From the IMG/VR virus record IMGVR_UViG_3300045993_000281, positions 33,091 through 97,090 of that record: 64,000 bases of DNA; one strand, 5' to 3'. Of this stretch, positions 1 through 10,586 are shown in pieces; position 1 is the first letter of the stretch; every line of letters begins with the position of its first letter. Made by a program: the position numbers and the translations under genes. The DNA comes from a virus. Its lineage: Duplodnaviria > Heunggongvirae > Uroviricota > Caudoviricetes. A model generated the notes under the pieces. It was not told the origin of the DNA. It ran no database searches and saw nothing but the letters and a program-made list of their open reading frames with translations.

Positions 1-3000
1 GTCGTTATTATCAACAAACGCCACTTTGAAGCCATCCTTTAACGCCTGAATATCGTCGCGTTGCGCAAGTGCATCTTTATACAAAGTGTCCTTGAGCGCC
101 GCTGGCATAGCATTAAATTCTGATAAGGCCAGCTTAAAATCGCTACCAAACTGGACGTCTAACGTTTCGCTTATTTTCGCGATATTGTTAGTCTTATCGC
201 CCACGCGCGACAGATCATATGTCTGCCAGTATATTTCTTTTGCGTACGCATCTACCTGTCCTTGTTTGTTATCTTTACGCGCTTGCTCCATATATGCTTT
301 GAGTTTGGCGATTTCAGCGCCACCTTTACGGTAGCTATCCAACACCTCTGTGGGCAGGGAGAAGAGCTTCCCGATGTCCATTTGGACGCCAGCATCATTG
401 AGCCATTGTATCATTTGTACAGCGGAGTCTTGGACTTGCGACAATGTAGCATCAATTGCCTTATACGCGGCCTTGCTCATTGATTCCGCAGCCGCCACTA
501 GGAGTCCTTTGTTCTTTTGCGAATAGTCTTTTCCTAACTCAACTTGTATACGAGCGACTTCATCGCTCGCCTTAGTCAAGTTTGTCCTGACGCTATCTGG
601 CAACGACAACAGTGTCGCCAAGTTAAAATTAGCGCCAATAGCAGAAAGATCTGAAAGTTGCTGCGTAAGATTTAATATACGCGGATTTATCCATTGAGTT
701 AATTGCCGGCCTAACGCATAAGACTTTTGGTAATCTCTAGTCTGTGCAGCTGCGTCTCCACCGTACGGATTGGGTACTTTTAAGGTAGGATCCTCTCTGC
801 TAATTCCGGTTACTGATTCAAGCAATTTAGCGTCTATATCCGCCTTGTCTTGCGCGATCTTTGAGAATCTGTTGCGAGTAGATGTACTTGCGTTGGCCTC
901 CAGACCTTCGGGTAGTGTTATACCCTTCGCCTGTAGAACCCTACGATCGCCCATCTCGTCGCCAGTTTTAAGCGCCTCCTGAATCGTTTCTCTGATTAAT
1001 TTGGCTCTTTGGACTACTAACGCAATCGCAGCGTCCAGCTTTTCGGCAAACGCCTTTTTCACATCAGGCATGGCGTTTGGATCTATGGTGAACTTAGCAC
1101 TACTCAACTCTAACTTAGCCCTCTCTAACTCTTGTAACGAACGATTAACGTTGAGTTTAGCCTGTATTGGCATATCCCCCGCAAAGTTAATATCGATGGC
1201 TTTGAAGCCAGCCCTCTCAGCTGTCTTTTGCAAGAGTGCATAGGGATTGTAAGAAACGTTGTCCGCAGCTTGCGTTTTATCTAATTTGGTATTCGCATCC
1301 TTATCGCGCTTCTGCAAGAACGCAGAAGTACGGGTAGCTGCGTCATAAGTTTTATTTATCAGCTTATCGTAAAGATCTTCCGTACTCGCTATATTTTTCT
1401 TAAGATCCACAAGATCTGCGTTAGTACCAAGAAACATAGGCTCATCAAATGTCAATTTAACTTTTTCAGCCGTCGTTTCTAAGGTTGTCATTTCTGTGTC
1501 GAACTTATTTACTTTGTCCGACAATATCGTTAAATCAGCCAATGCGCGCGCAGATAGCTTGAACATCTCGGCGTATCTACTGCGAATCTCTGTAAGCCGC
1601 TTTTCAGCTGCGTCGCCCTTTGTACCTGCTGCAGAATTAATCAATTTCTCTTGCGTAAGCTCTAGAGATGACCGTGCCCAATTGTTAAAATCATCCTGTG
1701 CACGTTTCTTAACAGCTGCAATATCTGTTTCCTTACCTCTCAGATTTACACTACTGTCGAAATACTTAGTAATGTCCTGAAGTGCAGCTGTCTGTGGATC
1801 AGACTTTTGATAGCCTACTTTGAATTCCGTTTCCAAAGATGCCTTGAACTTATCTAACTCCGACTGCGCCACCTTGTCGTTTGGAGCGTTTCTCTGGCGC
1901 TTCTGCAGAACACTTAGTCTAAATTTACTTGCCTGATTTAGCGCCAAGCCTGTAGTTACATCGCCCGCTTCTGTGTACCACCCACTGCGGTCGCCCTGAT
2001 TAAACTGGTTTAGATTCTTAGTGTCTTTGAAGAAGTCCTTGCCTGTAGCGGCTTCACCCCTTGCCATCGTAGCCGCCAAATCCTTCATGGCGATTATCAA
2101 TTCCTTACGAGTAGCCTCTGTCTCCACGCCCTTATCATTACGCTCGTCATCACGTTTTTTACGTAATTCGTCTACGCGGCCCGCCTGTTTGAAGATAGAC
2201 TCTTTTAGTGCTGGCGTAACTTTGTTAAAGTCGATATTTTTAGGATTCAGGTCATCGGGCTTGAGACCTATTTTGCGAATCTCTTCATCAGATGGAATCA
2301 GGTTCTTTAGTTTACGTTGAACTGTAGTCATACCGCCCGCAACAGCACCAACCTTCACTAGAATACGTCCCCAGGTGTCTTCAAACTTTTCAAGTACAGT
2401 ATTACCCTCGCCCATGCTGGTTACGATAATCGCGCCTATTGCGGTGATACCTGCAATTATCCAACCAATCGGGCCGGTTAACGCTACCCAAAACCTAGTA
2501 GCAGCAGTTGCAGCAGACTCGGCAGTTATCGCAAAAGATAAAAACCAACCCACAATGGCTATAACGCCCTTGCGAATAGCGGCAACCATGCCCGACGCCA
2601 TGGTGGCAAACATTATATTATTAGCTATTGCTAACTGAAAGAATCCAGTCAATGCGGCAGTAAGACCGCCTATCCATAATTGGGCTTCTGAGCTTGCGCC
2701 TGTAAGAGCCGCGATTCCAGCCGTTATAGCACCAAATCCAGCCATCTTGCCGACTACGGTTAGTATTGGAATCCACCTTACCAACATAGCTTGCGCGGCT
2801 AACATGGGGCCTAGCTTAAATGCTCCAAACATTGTTGTAAATGCCATAAACGCACCACTGGTGGTCACTGCTATCATCGCAGTACGAAATCCGCCAAACG
2901 CCACGGTAGCGGCAATTGCAGCAATACCGGCTGTTGTAAACATCACTTTCAATGGGTTCTCTTTAGCATAATCAAAGAAGGTTGACATGAGTGTATCAAA

Positions 3001-6000
3001 AGCGCTCATGCTACCGTCGGCGGTACGATCAGCTTCCTGACGAATAGATATCAGAACAGAGCCAATAGCAGCTATTCCAAGCCCTGCAAGAACAGTCTTG
3101 CCTATGAGACCAAGATTTCCGAATATCATCTTACCCAACAACCCTAGCGGACCAACAGCCCCACCCACCGCGATACTCGCCTTTGCTGCAGACGTAGTAA
3201 CAATTGTTGTTACAGCAGCGGAGGCGGCAGCAACGTTGGATACGGCGTACGCGCTACCTGCTGCTATGGCGGTAGATACCTTTGCGATTTCGCCTACCAT
3301 TACTCCTGACGACGTCTTCGTGACACCCACCATGCCATTCATAGCATCGAATTGGGCGCGTGTAATCATAGAAGATTGGACAGTGAAAGAGTTAGTCGCA
3401 GCGATTGCGCCAGAAGCTATTTCCGCAACAATAACCTTACTTGTATACGTTGAGCTTTTAGCGATATCTTCCATTGCCTTCTTGGTCTTCTCTGATATTT
3501 TGTCCGCAGAACCCTGGATAGCGTCCAACCCTGCCGAATTAACAGCATTGCTAGCAAACGCAGTTGTGCCGATCGCGGTGGCAAGATATGGTGTCGAAGA
3601 CGCCCTTGCGCCTTGCTGTTGGGACGGTGTAGCTTGTTGCGCACCGCGCATCCTAAATGCGTTCTTTACTTCCGCAACACGTGTTCTTAAGCCTACAAGA
3701 TCACCGCCATCACCCTCCCACATCTTCTTCATAAAGTTATTACGGAGTATGAACTCACCGATACTTGTCATGGCCGATACAACAACACGCTTAGCCGAAT
3801 CGAATGCTTTCTGTAAAGCCGCTACCGCCTTCGCCTCGTCACCGCCGAAGAACATCTGCACAGCTATATTAGTGCCCTTTTTGACAAGTGAGTCTACAAA
3901 CTTACTGATTGCTTTGTAGGTAGAATCGAATACCTCGATAGCTGTTTTCGCAAGGTTTCCTTGGGTGCTGCCCGCTACACCGTACAGCATATTATACAGC
4001 AATCCCTTGCCACCCGTCAGTTCTTTCATCACTTCTTTTATAAACATAAATACAGGTGCGGATACTACAATGATTTGGTTCTTCAAAGAGGCAACGCCGC
4101 TGCTACCAAAAATGAACAGATATAGCAACCCACCTTCTAGCGCCATCTTAAGAATTAGCGAGTTTCCGAGCAGGGAATCAAATGACCCTAATGCCGTGAA
4201 TAACAGTCCAATGCCACCAAATACACTGGCCATACCTAACGGACCAAATAGATACTTGCCGATAATGCCTGACGAAGCGCCGAGTCCTGTTATCCATGTA
4301 TGGAACTTACCGATATGCTCCGCAAAGCTTTTCGTAGCCTTGAATTGTAGCATAAGTGGTCCTATTGCACCACCGAAGAAATACAATCCAACTAGGCCGA
4401 GAGGCCCAGCTAAACCAAACGCAGAGGCCACCGAGAATATCGCAGAAATCGCACCACTTATTACTGGCATTTGATCGAGAAAGCCCTGCACAAAAGCGCC
4501 TGTCATAATAGTGAGTGAGTTAAGTATCTGCGGAATCTCTCGTATAAAGCTGCCTACGAAATACCCAACAGATTCACCCATTGCTCTTCCAAGTTTTTCT
4601 GAAAAGCTGCCACCAACTAATGCCACACTGAATTTCTCGGCGATTAAAACGGCGCCAGCTAACAATGAACCAGCTATCAGGAGCAGCAAGTGCGAACGAA
4701 TAGCAGATATCGGAAATATAGCGGCTACAAGAAGACCACCAATCGCAACCAGGACTGTCCTCAATGTCTCTGGAAATTTAGTTGCAACCGCGCTAAAGGC
4801 ATCTGATACCCGCGAAGTAAGGTCAACTGTACTGACACGGAAATGCAATGCGTTTGCACCCATATTCTTCAACGAATCAGTAGCTACCCCTAAGCCGACC
4901 TTTTGGGAGAATGTATTCTTTACCAATTCTTTGAATTTCTTAAATGGCTCGGCTAGACGTGCTGGCAGTCCCTTTGCCTGATCCACTACGCCGTCCATCG
5001 TATCTGTCCACCAAGAGTGGCCTATGACTTTGTCGTATATAGTGGCAAACTCTTGTATTACAGCATTACTCCATTTCTTTATAACACGCAAGGCTTCGGC
5101 AAGTTTCACCATAGCCATCTCTTTTACTTTATCAAAGAGCGCTATAATCTTATCGATAGCTTTGTAGTTTCTCTCGGGAGCAACAGCTATTCCCAGCGCA
5201 GTGTAGAATACGCCTAATGCGGACGCTGCCATTACCGCTGCAGTGCCTATTCCTGGGAATACTACTTGAAAAGCCATCAGCAAACCTAGTGTGGACAGTA
5301 TGGCACCTTCTAAACGCATTACCACAGTCCCCACATTACGTTGCAAGCGTTCAAGCGCACTCATCGGTGTCAACGCTTTTTGTACGCTACCTATAAAGTT
5401 GTCGATAGCTTTTGCTACACCATGAAAATAGCCCTTGGCCTTTTCAACTATCCCAAGCCCTTTCAAGCTAGTCAATAATTTATTAAGCATCGCTGTAATA
5501 GTGTCAAACCCCATATTCGCTGAAATAGCAAAAGACGGTAGTTTGATCTTGGCGAATGCCTTGGACGCTATATCTTTTAGTTTATTAAACTGGTCTTCGA
5601 CTTTTTGTAAAAATCCCTTGAAATCCACGTCAAACTTTATTACAGGCATGTCTGGAATATCTATTTGGAAGAAACTTTCCAGTATCGCTACTATCCCAGG
5701 GATTGCCCGCTTTACTAAATCGGCAATGGTCACTAGCGTATTTCCAATCATTCCTGGTAGTGCTTTGAATACATCGGACATTGCAATTTTAAGACGATTG
5801 GTAGTCGGTCCGAAGACTTCACGTAGCAAATGTCCTAACTCGTACACCTTAAGCTGCACACCCGTAACCCCGCGTAGCATTTCCGCCATGGAATAAATCA
5901 TACTGTCGATGTTGCCAACACGTAATGTAAACAGGGTGTCCCTGAGAAGACCCACGTATCGCGCAGCGTCAAGAAATGTATATCCAACCTTCCGCATAAC

Positions 6001-7275
6001 AATAGCGAAGTTAGGCCAGAAACCAGTACTATTCTCATGTAATGCCGCGGCCAATGCGGAAAACGCATCTCCGTACTTATGTAGGGTATCGATACTAAAG
6101 AAACGTTTAATCGTCTGCGAATCAAATCCGCCGGTCGCCCAATTAGATGGACTTAATCTTTTCAAAGTCTTTAATGCCTTTTCAACATCACTGTCCCAAG
6201 ATATGAGATCGGTTAACCCAAATCTTGCTAAATTCGATAGACTAGAGAATATACCGCCGGTTGCATCGTCAATCTGGCGCAATCCTTCTTTCATATCGCC
6301 AATAACAGTACGTGTGAAGAATCCTTGCGGTAGTGCCTCTCGTATTTGGATTCCGATCGTTTTAAGTATAGAGAGGATTGGTGCACCTATAATTGCAGCA
6401 CCATCTAAGAATTCACGTACATGGCTTGCAAACAAGGCAGATGTGGCACGTATCTCTACGGAAGCGCCGCGAAGTTTTACTGCGGAAGCCCCTAATGCCC
6501 GCCCAAGATTCTCCGATATGCCGAGCCCCTTATCCAGTTCATTGATAAAGATACTTAATGAGGTGGAGGCCTGTTGAAAACCTTGCGATAATGTTGGATC
6601 TAAACTAGCGAACTCTTTATTGATCTTTTCCGATTGGGATAAAATACCCTTGTACACCACATCAGTGGTCAGTTTACCGGCAAGAGCTGCCGCACGAAGG
6701 CCACCAATATTGACATTTAAACTATCTGCTAAGGCTTGCGCCAAACGCGGCGTTTGTTCCATAACAGAGTTCAGTTCTTCACCACGAAGTGCGCCAGCAG
6801 ATAAGCCCTGCCCTAGTTGAATTATAGCCGCATTAGCTGACTCAATAGAGCCGCCAGATAGCGCTATTGACTTTTGTATTGTGGATGTGGCTAGCAGCAT
6901 CATCGACATATTTTTCTGAGAGTCTTTCAAAGACTTTCCCAGGGTACTGAAGATAGTAGCTGTACCACCTATTGCGCTTCTAGTCTCTATCGCGGTATTC
7001 AGTAAAGCCTCTTGTACAATTACAAGTTCCTTCGTACGGCCTGTAACCAGCGCGATTCTGTTGCTTAAATTCGTAAATTCATTGTTAACTTTAACTAAAA
7101 AGCCAACGCCTACACCTGCACTCGCAAGACCAACGAGAGAGGCTGCGAAGTTTTTCAAAGTAGATGCGGTCGACTCGGAAGATTTCTTGATACCATCCAG
7201 AGTACCCTTAATCTGCTCTAAATCACGTCGCGCCTTGTCTGAATCGGTCTTGACATCAATAATAACGCCTGACAT
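1..7275 (-). CDS. Tail tape measure protein; gene start is in the window and the C-terminus runs past position 1 (>2,420 aa visible)
   Basis: Minus-strand ATG at 7275 with RBS AAAGGAAAG just upstream. Translation MSGVIIDVKTDSDKARRDLEQIK... contains the classic tape-measure stretch ...GQGLSAGALRGEELNSVMEQTPRLAQALADSL.... No complete minus ORF is listed across 1-7270 apart from two short alternate-frame ones, consistent with one open frame to the edge. The plus-strand ORFs there look like antisense low-complexity artefacts. Confidence 0.85.
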   Translation of the reverse strand, partial: MSGVIIDVKTDSDKARRDLEQIKGTLDGIKKSSESTASTLKNFAASLVGLASAGVGVGFLVKVNNEFTNLSNRIALVTGRTKELVIVQEALLNTAIETRSAIGGTATIFSTLGKSLKDSQKNMSMMLLATSTIQKSIALSGGSIESANAAIIQLGQGLSAGALRGEELNSVMEQTPRLAQALADSLNVNIGGLRAAALAGKLTTDVVYKGILSQSEKINKEFASLDPTLSQGFQQASTSLSIFINELDKGLGISENLGRALGASAVKLRGASVEIRATSALFASHVREFLDGAAIIGAPILSILKTIGIQIREALPQGFFTRTVIGDMKEGLRQIDDATGGIFSSLSNLARFGLTDLISWDSDVEKALKTLKRLSPSNWATGGFDSQTIKRFFSIDTLHKYGDAFSALAAALHENSTGFWPNFAIVMRKVGYTFLDAARYVGLLRDTLFTLRVGNIDSMIYSMAEMLRGVTGVQLKVYELGHLLREVFGPTTNRLKIAMSDVFKALPGMIGNTLVTIADLVKRAIPGIVAILESFFQIDIPDMPVIKFDVDFKGFLQKVEDQFNKLKDIASKAFAKIKLPSFAISANMGFDTITAMLNKLLTSLKGLGIVEKAKGYFHGVAKAIDNFIGSVQKALTPMSALERLQRNVGTVVMRLEGAILSTLGLLMAFQVVFPGIGTAAVMAASALGVFYTALGIAVAPERNYKAIDKIIALFDKVKEMAMVKLAEALRVIKKWSNAVIQEFATIYDKVIGHSWWTDTMDGVVDQAKGLPARLAEPFKKFKELVKNTFSQKVGLGVATDSLKNMGANALHFRVSTVDLTSRVSDAFSAVATKFPETLRTVLVAIGGLLVAAIFPISAIRSHLLLLIAGSLLAGAVLIAEKFSVALVGGSFSEKLGRAMGESVGYFVGSFIREIPQILNSLTIMTGAFVQGFLDQMPVISGAISAIFSVASAFGLAGPLGLVGLYFFGGAIGPLMLQFKATKSFAEHIGKFHTWITGLGASSGIIGKYLFGPLGMASVFGGIGLLFTALGSFDSLLGNSLILKMALEGGLLYLFIFGSSGVASLKNQIIVVSAPVFMFIKEVMKELTGGKGLLYNMLYGVAGSTQGNLAKTAIEVFDSTYKAISKFVDSLVKKGTNIAVQMFFGGDEAKAVAALQKAFDSAKRVVVSAMTSIGEFILRNNFMKKMWEGDGGDLVGLRTRVAEVKNAFRMRGAQQATPSQQQGARASSTPYLATAIGTTAFASNAVNSAGLDAIQGSADKISEKTKKAMEDIAKSSTYTSKVIVAEIASGAIAATNSFTVQSSMITRAQFDAMNGMVGVTKTSSGVMVGEIAKVSTAIAAGSAYAVSNVAAASAAVTTIVTTSAAKASIAVGGAVGPLGLLGKMIFGNLGLIGKTVLAGLGIAAIGSVLISIRQEADRTADGSMSAFDTLMSTFFDYAKENPLKVMFTTAGIAAIAATVAFGGFRTAMIAVTTSGAFMAFTTMFGAFKLGPMLAAQAMLVRWIPILTVVGKMAGFGAITAGIAALTGASSEAQLWIGGLTAALTGFFQLAIANNIMFATMASGMVAAIRKGVIAIVGWFLSFAITAESAATAATRFWVALTGPIGWIIAGITAIGAIIVTSMGEGNTVLEKFEDTWGRILVKVGAVAGGMTTVQRKLKNLIPSDEEIRKIGLKPDDLNPKNIDFNKVTPALKESIFKQAGRVDELRKKRDDERNDKGVETEATRKELIIAMKDLAATMARGEAATGKDFFKDTKNLNQFNQGDRSGWYTEAGDVTTGLALNQASKFRLSVLQKRQRNAPNDKVAQSELDKFKASLETEFKVGYQKSDPQTAALQDITKYFDSSVNLRGKETDIAAVKKRAQDDFNNWARSSLELTQEKLINSAAGTKGDAAEKRLTEIRSRYAEMFKLSARALADLTILSDKVNKFDTEMTTLETTAEKVKLTFDEPMFLGTNADLVDLKKNIASTEDLYDKLINKTYDAATRTSAFLQKRDKDANTKLDKTQAADNVSYNPYALLQKTAERAGFKAIDINFAGDMPIQAKLNVNRSLQELERAKLELSSAKFTIDPNAMPDVKKAFAEKLDAAIALVVQRAKLIRETIQEALKTGDEMGDRRVLQAKGITLPEGLEANASTSTRNRFSKIAQDKADIDAKLLESVTGISREDPTLKVPNPYGGDAAAQTRDYQKSYALGRQLTQWINPRILNLTQQLSDLSAIGANFNLATLLSLPDSVRTNLTKASDEVARIQVELGKDYSQKNKGLLVAAAESMSKAAYKAIDATLSQVQDSAVQMIQWLNDAGVQMDIGKLFSLPTEVLDSYRKGGAEIAKLKAYMEQARKDNKQGQVDAYAKEIYWQTYDLSRVGDKTNNIAKISETLDVQFGSDFKLALSEFNAMPAALKDTLYKDALAQRDDIQALKDGFKVAFVDNND

Positions 7276-7339
7276 TTTCTTTCCTTTAAAAAAATTACCC
7301 CTGACAGAACCTGTAGGTACAGGCGCCATCAGGGGCTGG

Positions 7340-7663
7340 TCAGCGATATTCTACTATCGTTCCATTGGGAATTACGTGTGGGTTTTCTAACAAAACTTTT
7401 TCTACAAAAAATCCAGGTGCTTGCTTAGAGCTACCAGCATTTAGTTCTTCTATATAATCTTTGCTGTTGGATATGACTAATCCATGCGCAGTTACTTCTA
7501 CTTTCCACGCACGGCTAGCCTCTCCTGTATCTTTTGGGGTAGCTTCCTCTAATCGGCCAACGAGTTCGTTAGCAACCGCCAGAAGTTTAGTCCGCTTGGA
7601 CTTCGCTATTTCAACATCTAGGAAGGACATTGTTTCTGAGATACCGCGTATTGTGATACTCAT
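7340..7663 (-). CDS. Hypothetical small protein just upstream of the tape measure gene (tail assembly chaperone-like by position)
   Basis: 107-aa ORF; start overlaps the stop of the preceding ORF (ATGA); position typical of chaperone genes before a tape measure gene. Confidence 0.45.
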   Translation of the reverse strand: MSITIRGISETMSFLDVEIAKSKRTKLLAVANELVGRLEEATPKDTGEASRAWKVEVTAHGLVISNSKDYIEELNAGSSKQAPGFFVEKVLLENPHVIPNGTIVEYR

Positions 7664-8001
7664 GATTTAATCCCTGGTATAGAGTCCCCACCAACAGCGC
7701 CCATCATTTTCGCAAATAAGACAGAGCCTTTGAATTTATTTCCATCTATCTGACTTGCAGTCGGTTTCTCTTCGACTTGCACTGTAGTTGTTTTGCTAGT
7801 CACACTCTCATACATCTTGAGTTTCCTTAGAGATTCAAAGATAGCCTCTCCTGGTTCCTTAACACCTTGCGCCTGTAAGAGTCGCATTGCGCGGTTATCA
7901 TCGCGCCATCCAGGAGGCCGTCTTTCGAAATATTCAATCCACTTCTGGAACTCATCATAGGACATTTCCTCCATGAGTTCGTAGGCAGATTTACCTAACA
8001 T
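7660..8001 (-). CDS. Hypothetical small protein (tail assembly chaperone-like by position)
   Basis: 113-aa ORF between the major tail protein gene and the tape measure gene; the arrangement resembles a G/T-like chaperone pair. Confidence 0.45.
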   Translation of the reverse strand: MLGKSAYELMEEMSYDEFQKWIEYFERRPPGWRDDNRAMRLLQAQGVKEPGEAIFESLRKLKMYESVTSKTTTVQVEEKPTASQIDGNKFKGSVLFAKMMGAVGGDSIPGIKS

Positions 8002-8039
8002 ATAGGCTACTTCGAAGACAGCTATCTCTTCGTCTGGTA

Positions 8040-8399
8040 TTAGGACTTTCCCTTTTGCTCTTCTCCGCCAGTAATACCGGAGAATTTCATAATCTCATTT
8101 GAGAGGCGTGAAAGTTCATCCATCGGGAATCCCGCGAAGTCTTCATCGCTCAGTTCCGTGGCGTCTGCTACAGACGAGCGAATAATAGTCTTAAGAATAT
8201 TAAGACCCTTCGCTTCATCGTTCGCGGCTTCTTTTGCCTCTTCTTGAATCTTCATCACTTCGGACACAGACAGCTTGTTGATTGTAATCTCAGCGTCCAT
8301 GAACTTGTATTTCTTTGACATTTTCTTGCCAACTAACTCTTTGATGCCAGCCATTTTAGTTCCTTGTGTTTTTGGGAGGTTGAATTTCAGATTGGACAT
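8040..8399 (-). CDS. Hypothetical tail-module protein
   Basis: 119-aa ORF in a tightly packed minus-strand operon. Confidence 0.4.
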   Translation of the reverse strand: MSNLKFNLPKTQGTKMAGIKELVGKKMSKKYKFMDAEITINKLSVSEVMKIQEEAKEAANDEAKGLNILKTIIRSSVADATELSDEDFAGFPMDELSRLSNEIMKFSGITGGEEQKGKS

Positions 8400-8401
8400 G
8401 A

Positions 8402-8710
8402 TTATCCTTCTGTAAACGCCTCAATATTTGCCGATTGAAAATTATCCATTTCCTTACGCAATGCGTGTAACTTCGTAAGTGTTTGAAAAACTTCCGATGA
8501 TTTAACCTGATTATCCTTAAATTCAGCCATGCGCTCGAATGTTTTCGAGATGCTCATATCAACGCTCTTACGCATATGCTTAAGCGTAGTCCGCAGCACA
8601 TATGCTTGACTAAAAGGCTTAGGGGTCATATTCTCCATTATATCCTTCAATATTTTAAATAAGGGCGACTGTAACCAACGTGGTGACGGTTCGTTTAAGA
8701 ATGAGTCCAC
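8402..8710 (-). CDS. Hypothetical tail-module protein
   Basis: 102-aa ORF immediately downstream of the major tail protein gene. Confidence 0.4.
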   Translation of the reverse strand: MDSFLNEPSPRWLQSPLFKILKDIMENMTPKPFSQAYVLRTTLKHMRKSVDMSISKTFERMAEFKDNQVKSSEVFQTLTKLHALRKEMDNFQSANIEAFTEG

Positions 8711-8735
8711 CGAACGACTCCCCTTAGTGCAACTG

Positions 8736-9311
8736 TTAGGCGTGAGTGTACGCGCCGTAGAAGTCAGACTGGATAGACAAGGTCAAGGTCGCCATAGCAG
8801 CGTCCGAAACCGATGGCTTAACCAACAGCGCTTCCATCTTACCAACCCAATAGAACACAGTGTGTTCCTTGCTACCGTAACCCGCCGAAGAACTGGCGTA
8901 TGTTGCAGACGAACCTGGGTCTGCTTGCAACAGAGTGAAACGATAAGCACGAGCAACACCGTCGCCCACGAAGAAACCCAAACCAGCGGTACGATCCCAA
9001 TCTGCTGGAATAAAGTTCAATTCGATTTCGAGCTGAGGTGCATCTGCTTGGCCTTGAATCGTCTTGGATTGTTTCTGACCGTAGACAGGAACCTTGACGA
9101 TGTTTGGCGGGGTACCCATTGCAGGAAAGTCGCGTACGTTCGTAATACGAACGAAACCGCCAGCGACTGCCGTGGCGACAGGTGTCGTATCAATAGCAGT
9201 GAACAGTGCAGCAAAGCCAGCGGCATCGAAGGTCGTTGGCACAAGTGACGTACCAATGGCCATCGACAAGTCCGAAAACATTACTGCGCCGATTGTTGAA
9301 ATGTGAGACAT
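8736..9311 (-). CDS. Major tail (tube) protein candidate
   Basis: 191-aa Ala/Thr/Gly-rich protein located between the neck genes and the chaperones/tape measure gene; position and size fit a non-contractile tail tube subunit. Confidence 0.55.
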   Translation of the reverse strand: MSHISTIGAVMFSDLSMAIGTSLVPTTFDAAGFAALFTAIDTTPVATAVAGGFVRITNVRDFPAMGTPPNIVKVPVYGQKQSKTIQGQADAPQLEIELNFIPADWDRTAGLGFFVGDGVARAYRFTLLQADPGSSATYASSSAGYGSKEHTVFYWVGKMEALLVKPSVSDAAMATLTLSIQSDFYGAYTHA

Positions 9312-9314
9312 TGT

Positions 9315-9725
9315 TTAAACTCCAAAGAAATTGAAAGGCAAAGTGTATTGCGAGCGATACAGACTGAAATTGTCTTTATCGGCCCCAAGATGAGTAAGCG
9401 CACTTGTGGAGAACTGCGTGCTTCCAGCAGCTCCCGTCTTAAGCGTCTTACCTGCTAGATATGAATCTAGTTTATCCGCAATCTGAGAAGCGCGCAATGC
9501 GCCACTACCTGCAGGTATAAATATATCAATCAGCAATACCCCTGCCACAGATGCCAGGAAATTGGCTATCTGCCGACTACTAGGTATTACGGTAACTCTT
9601 ATGTATTCAGTACCAAGACCAGTCCCTACAAAGTTATTAGGAACTGTAGGAATGTTTTCGGCTTTCCAACCTACTGAAGAAAAGACGGAATAGACATCAT
9701 TATTTAACGCGGCATATTTAGACAT
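9315..9725 (-). CDS. Neck/tail completion protein candidate
   Basis: 136-aa ORF between capsid and tail genes. Confidence 0.4.
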   Translation of the reverse strand: MSKYAALNNDVYSVFSSVGWKAENIPTVPNNFVGTGLGTEYIRVTVIPSSRQIANFLASVAGVLLIDIFIPAGSGALRASQIADKLDSYLAGKTLKTGAAGSTQFSTSALTHLGADKDNFSLYRSQYTLPFNFFGV

Positions 9726-10093
9726 TATGCATTCCTCATCACATCAGCGGTGATAATATACCCATCGCTTTTGCTAGGCGGAACTATCGTCCAAACATCG
9801 CCGTTGGACATTGTGATAGTATCATAAATATCTGGGTCATCCAGATCTTCCGCCAAGAATAACATCTGCATAGCCTTGCTAGAGCCCATTTCAACGTTTC
9901 CTGCATGGGTTCTGCCTTTTTCCATTAACAGTCCTTTGATTGTCTTTGATACAGGACTTGTCGATGTCGGCAAATTCGTATCAAAATTATAGACTGTATT
10001 GTTTTTCTGAGTAAGCGTCACCAAATCCACTAGGTCTTTTGCCATTGCAAAGGCCTTCCTAGCACTCGATTTAACGATGCTTTTGTAGCCCAT
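9725..10093 (-). CDS. Neck/head-tail joining protein candidate
   Basis: 122-aa ORF; its start overlaps the upstream stop (ATGA). Confidence 0.4.
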   Translation of the reverse strand: MGYKSIVKSSARKAFAMAKDLVDLVTLTQKNNTVYNFDTNLPTSTSPVSKTIKGLLMEKGRTHAGNVEMGSSKAMQMLFLAEDLDDPDIYDTITMSNGDVWTIVPPSKSDGYIITADVMRNA

Positions 10094-10572
10094 TAGTTAG
10101 CCCTCCACCAGCCATTCGCGCCGGAGTTTATCAGAAGTGGCTTGATTAACCTTTTCACATTTGCGGGTATCAAATTTGGCGGTGACATTGCAGTGAGTTT
10201 TATACTGCCCACACTAAGGTCAACTACACGACCTGTGTCATCTAACAAACCATCGTTATTTAGAAGATGGTGTGCCATTTCAATATTTGCAATTACTATG
10301 CGATTAGGAACTACGCCTTCTGAAAGCACAACATTGGTGCCTAGCCTAGGGTCAAAATAAGAGCCACTTCTAGGGAATGCCAGTGGTTGAGACTCACTTA
10401 TAGCTGTACCTGTCCAAGGCTGATCGTCTAGAATACTAGTACCTGTAACTAATGCGAGCGCCTTATCACCATCGCTGGCGGCTACCCATGCGGCTATATC
10501 TAACCTATCCGCAAAGTAGACACCAGCTTCGGCGACAGTCGCATAGGCATTAGTACCTTTGACTAAAGCCAT
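10093..10572 (-). CDS. Head-tail adaptor/connector protein candidate
   Basis: 159-aa ORF directly downstream of the major capsid gene. Confidence 0.45.
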   Translation of the reverse strand: MALVKGTNAYATVAEAGVYFADRLDIAAWVAASDGDKALALVTGTSILDDQPWTGTAISESQPLAFPRSGSYFDPRLGTNVVLSEGVVPNRIVIANIEMAHHLLNNDGLLDDTGRVVDLSVGSIKLTAMSPPNLIPANVKRLIKPLLINSGANGWWRAN

Positions 10573-10586
10573 AAGTGCCTCTTCAA

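Noticed and set aside
86-7390. Plus-strand ORFs across the first 7.3 kb (for example 3098-3919, 3965-4474, 5909-6577)
   Set aside because: Their translations are low-complexity (Ala/Ser/Ile/Pro runs) and they tile the antisense of one long minus-strand frame with a clear tape-measure signature. They are antisense artefacts of the truncated tape measure gene.
7655-7670. Programmed -1 frameshift joining the two chaperone-like ORFs (lambda G/GT style)
   Set aside because: The downstream ORF is in the -1 frame, but that frame has a TAA stop two codons before its ATG, leaving no room for a slippery site. The arrangement is a simple ATGA stop/start overlap.
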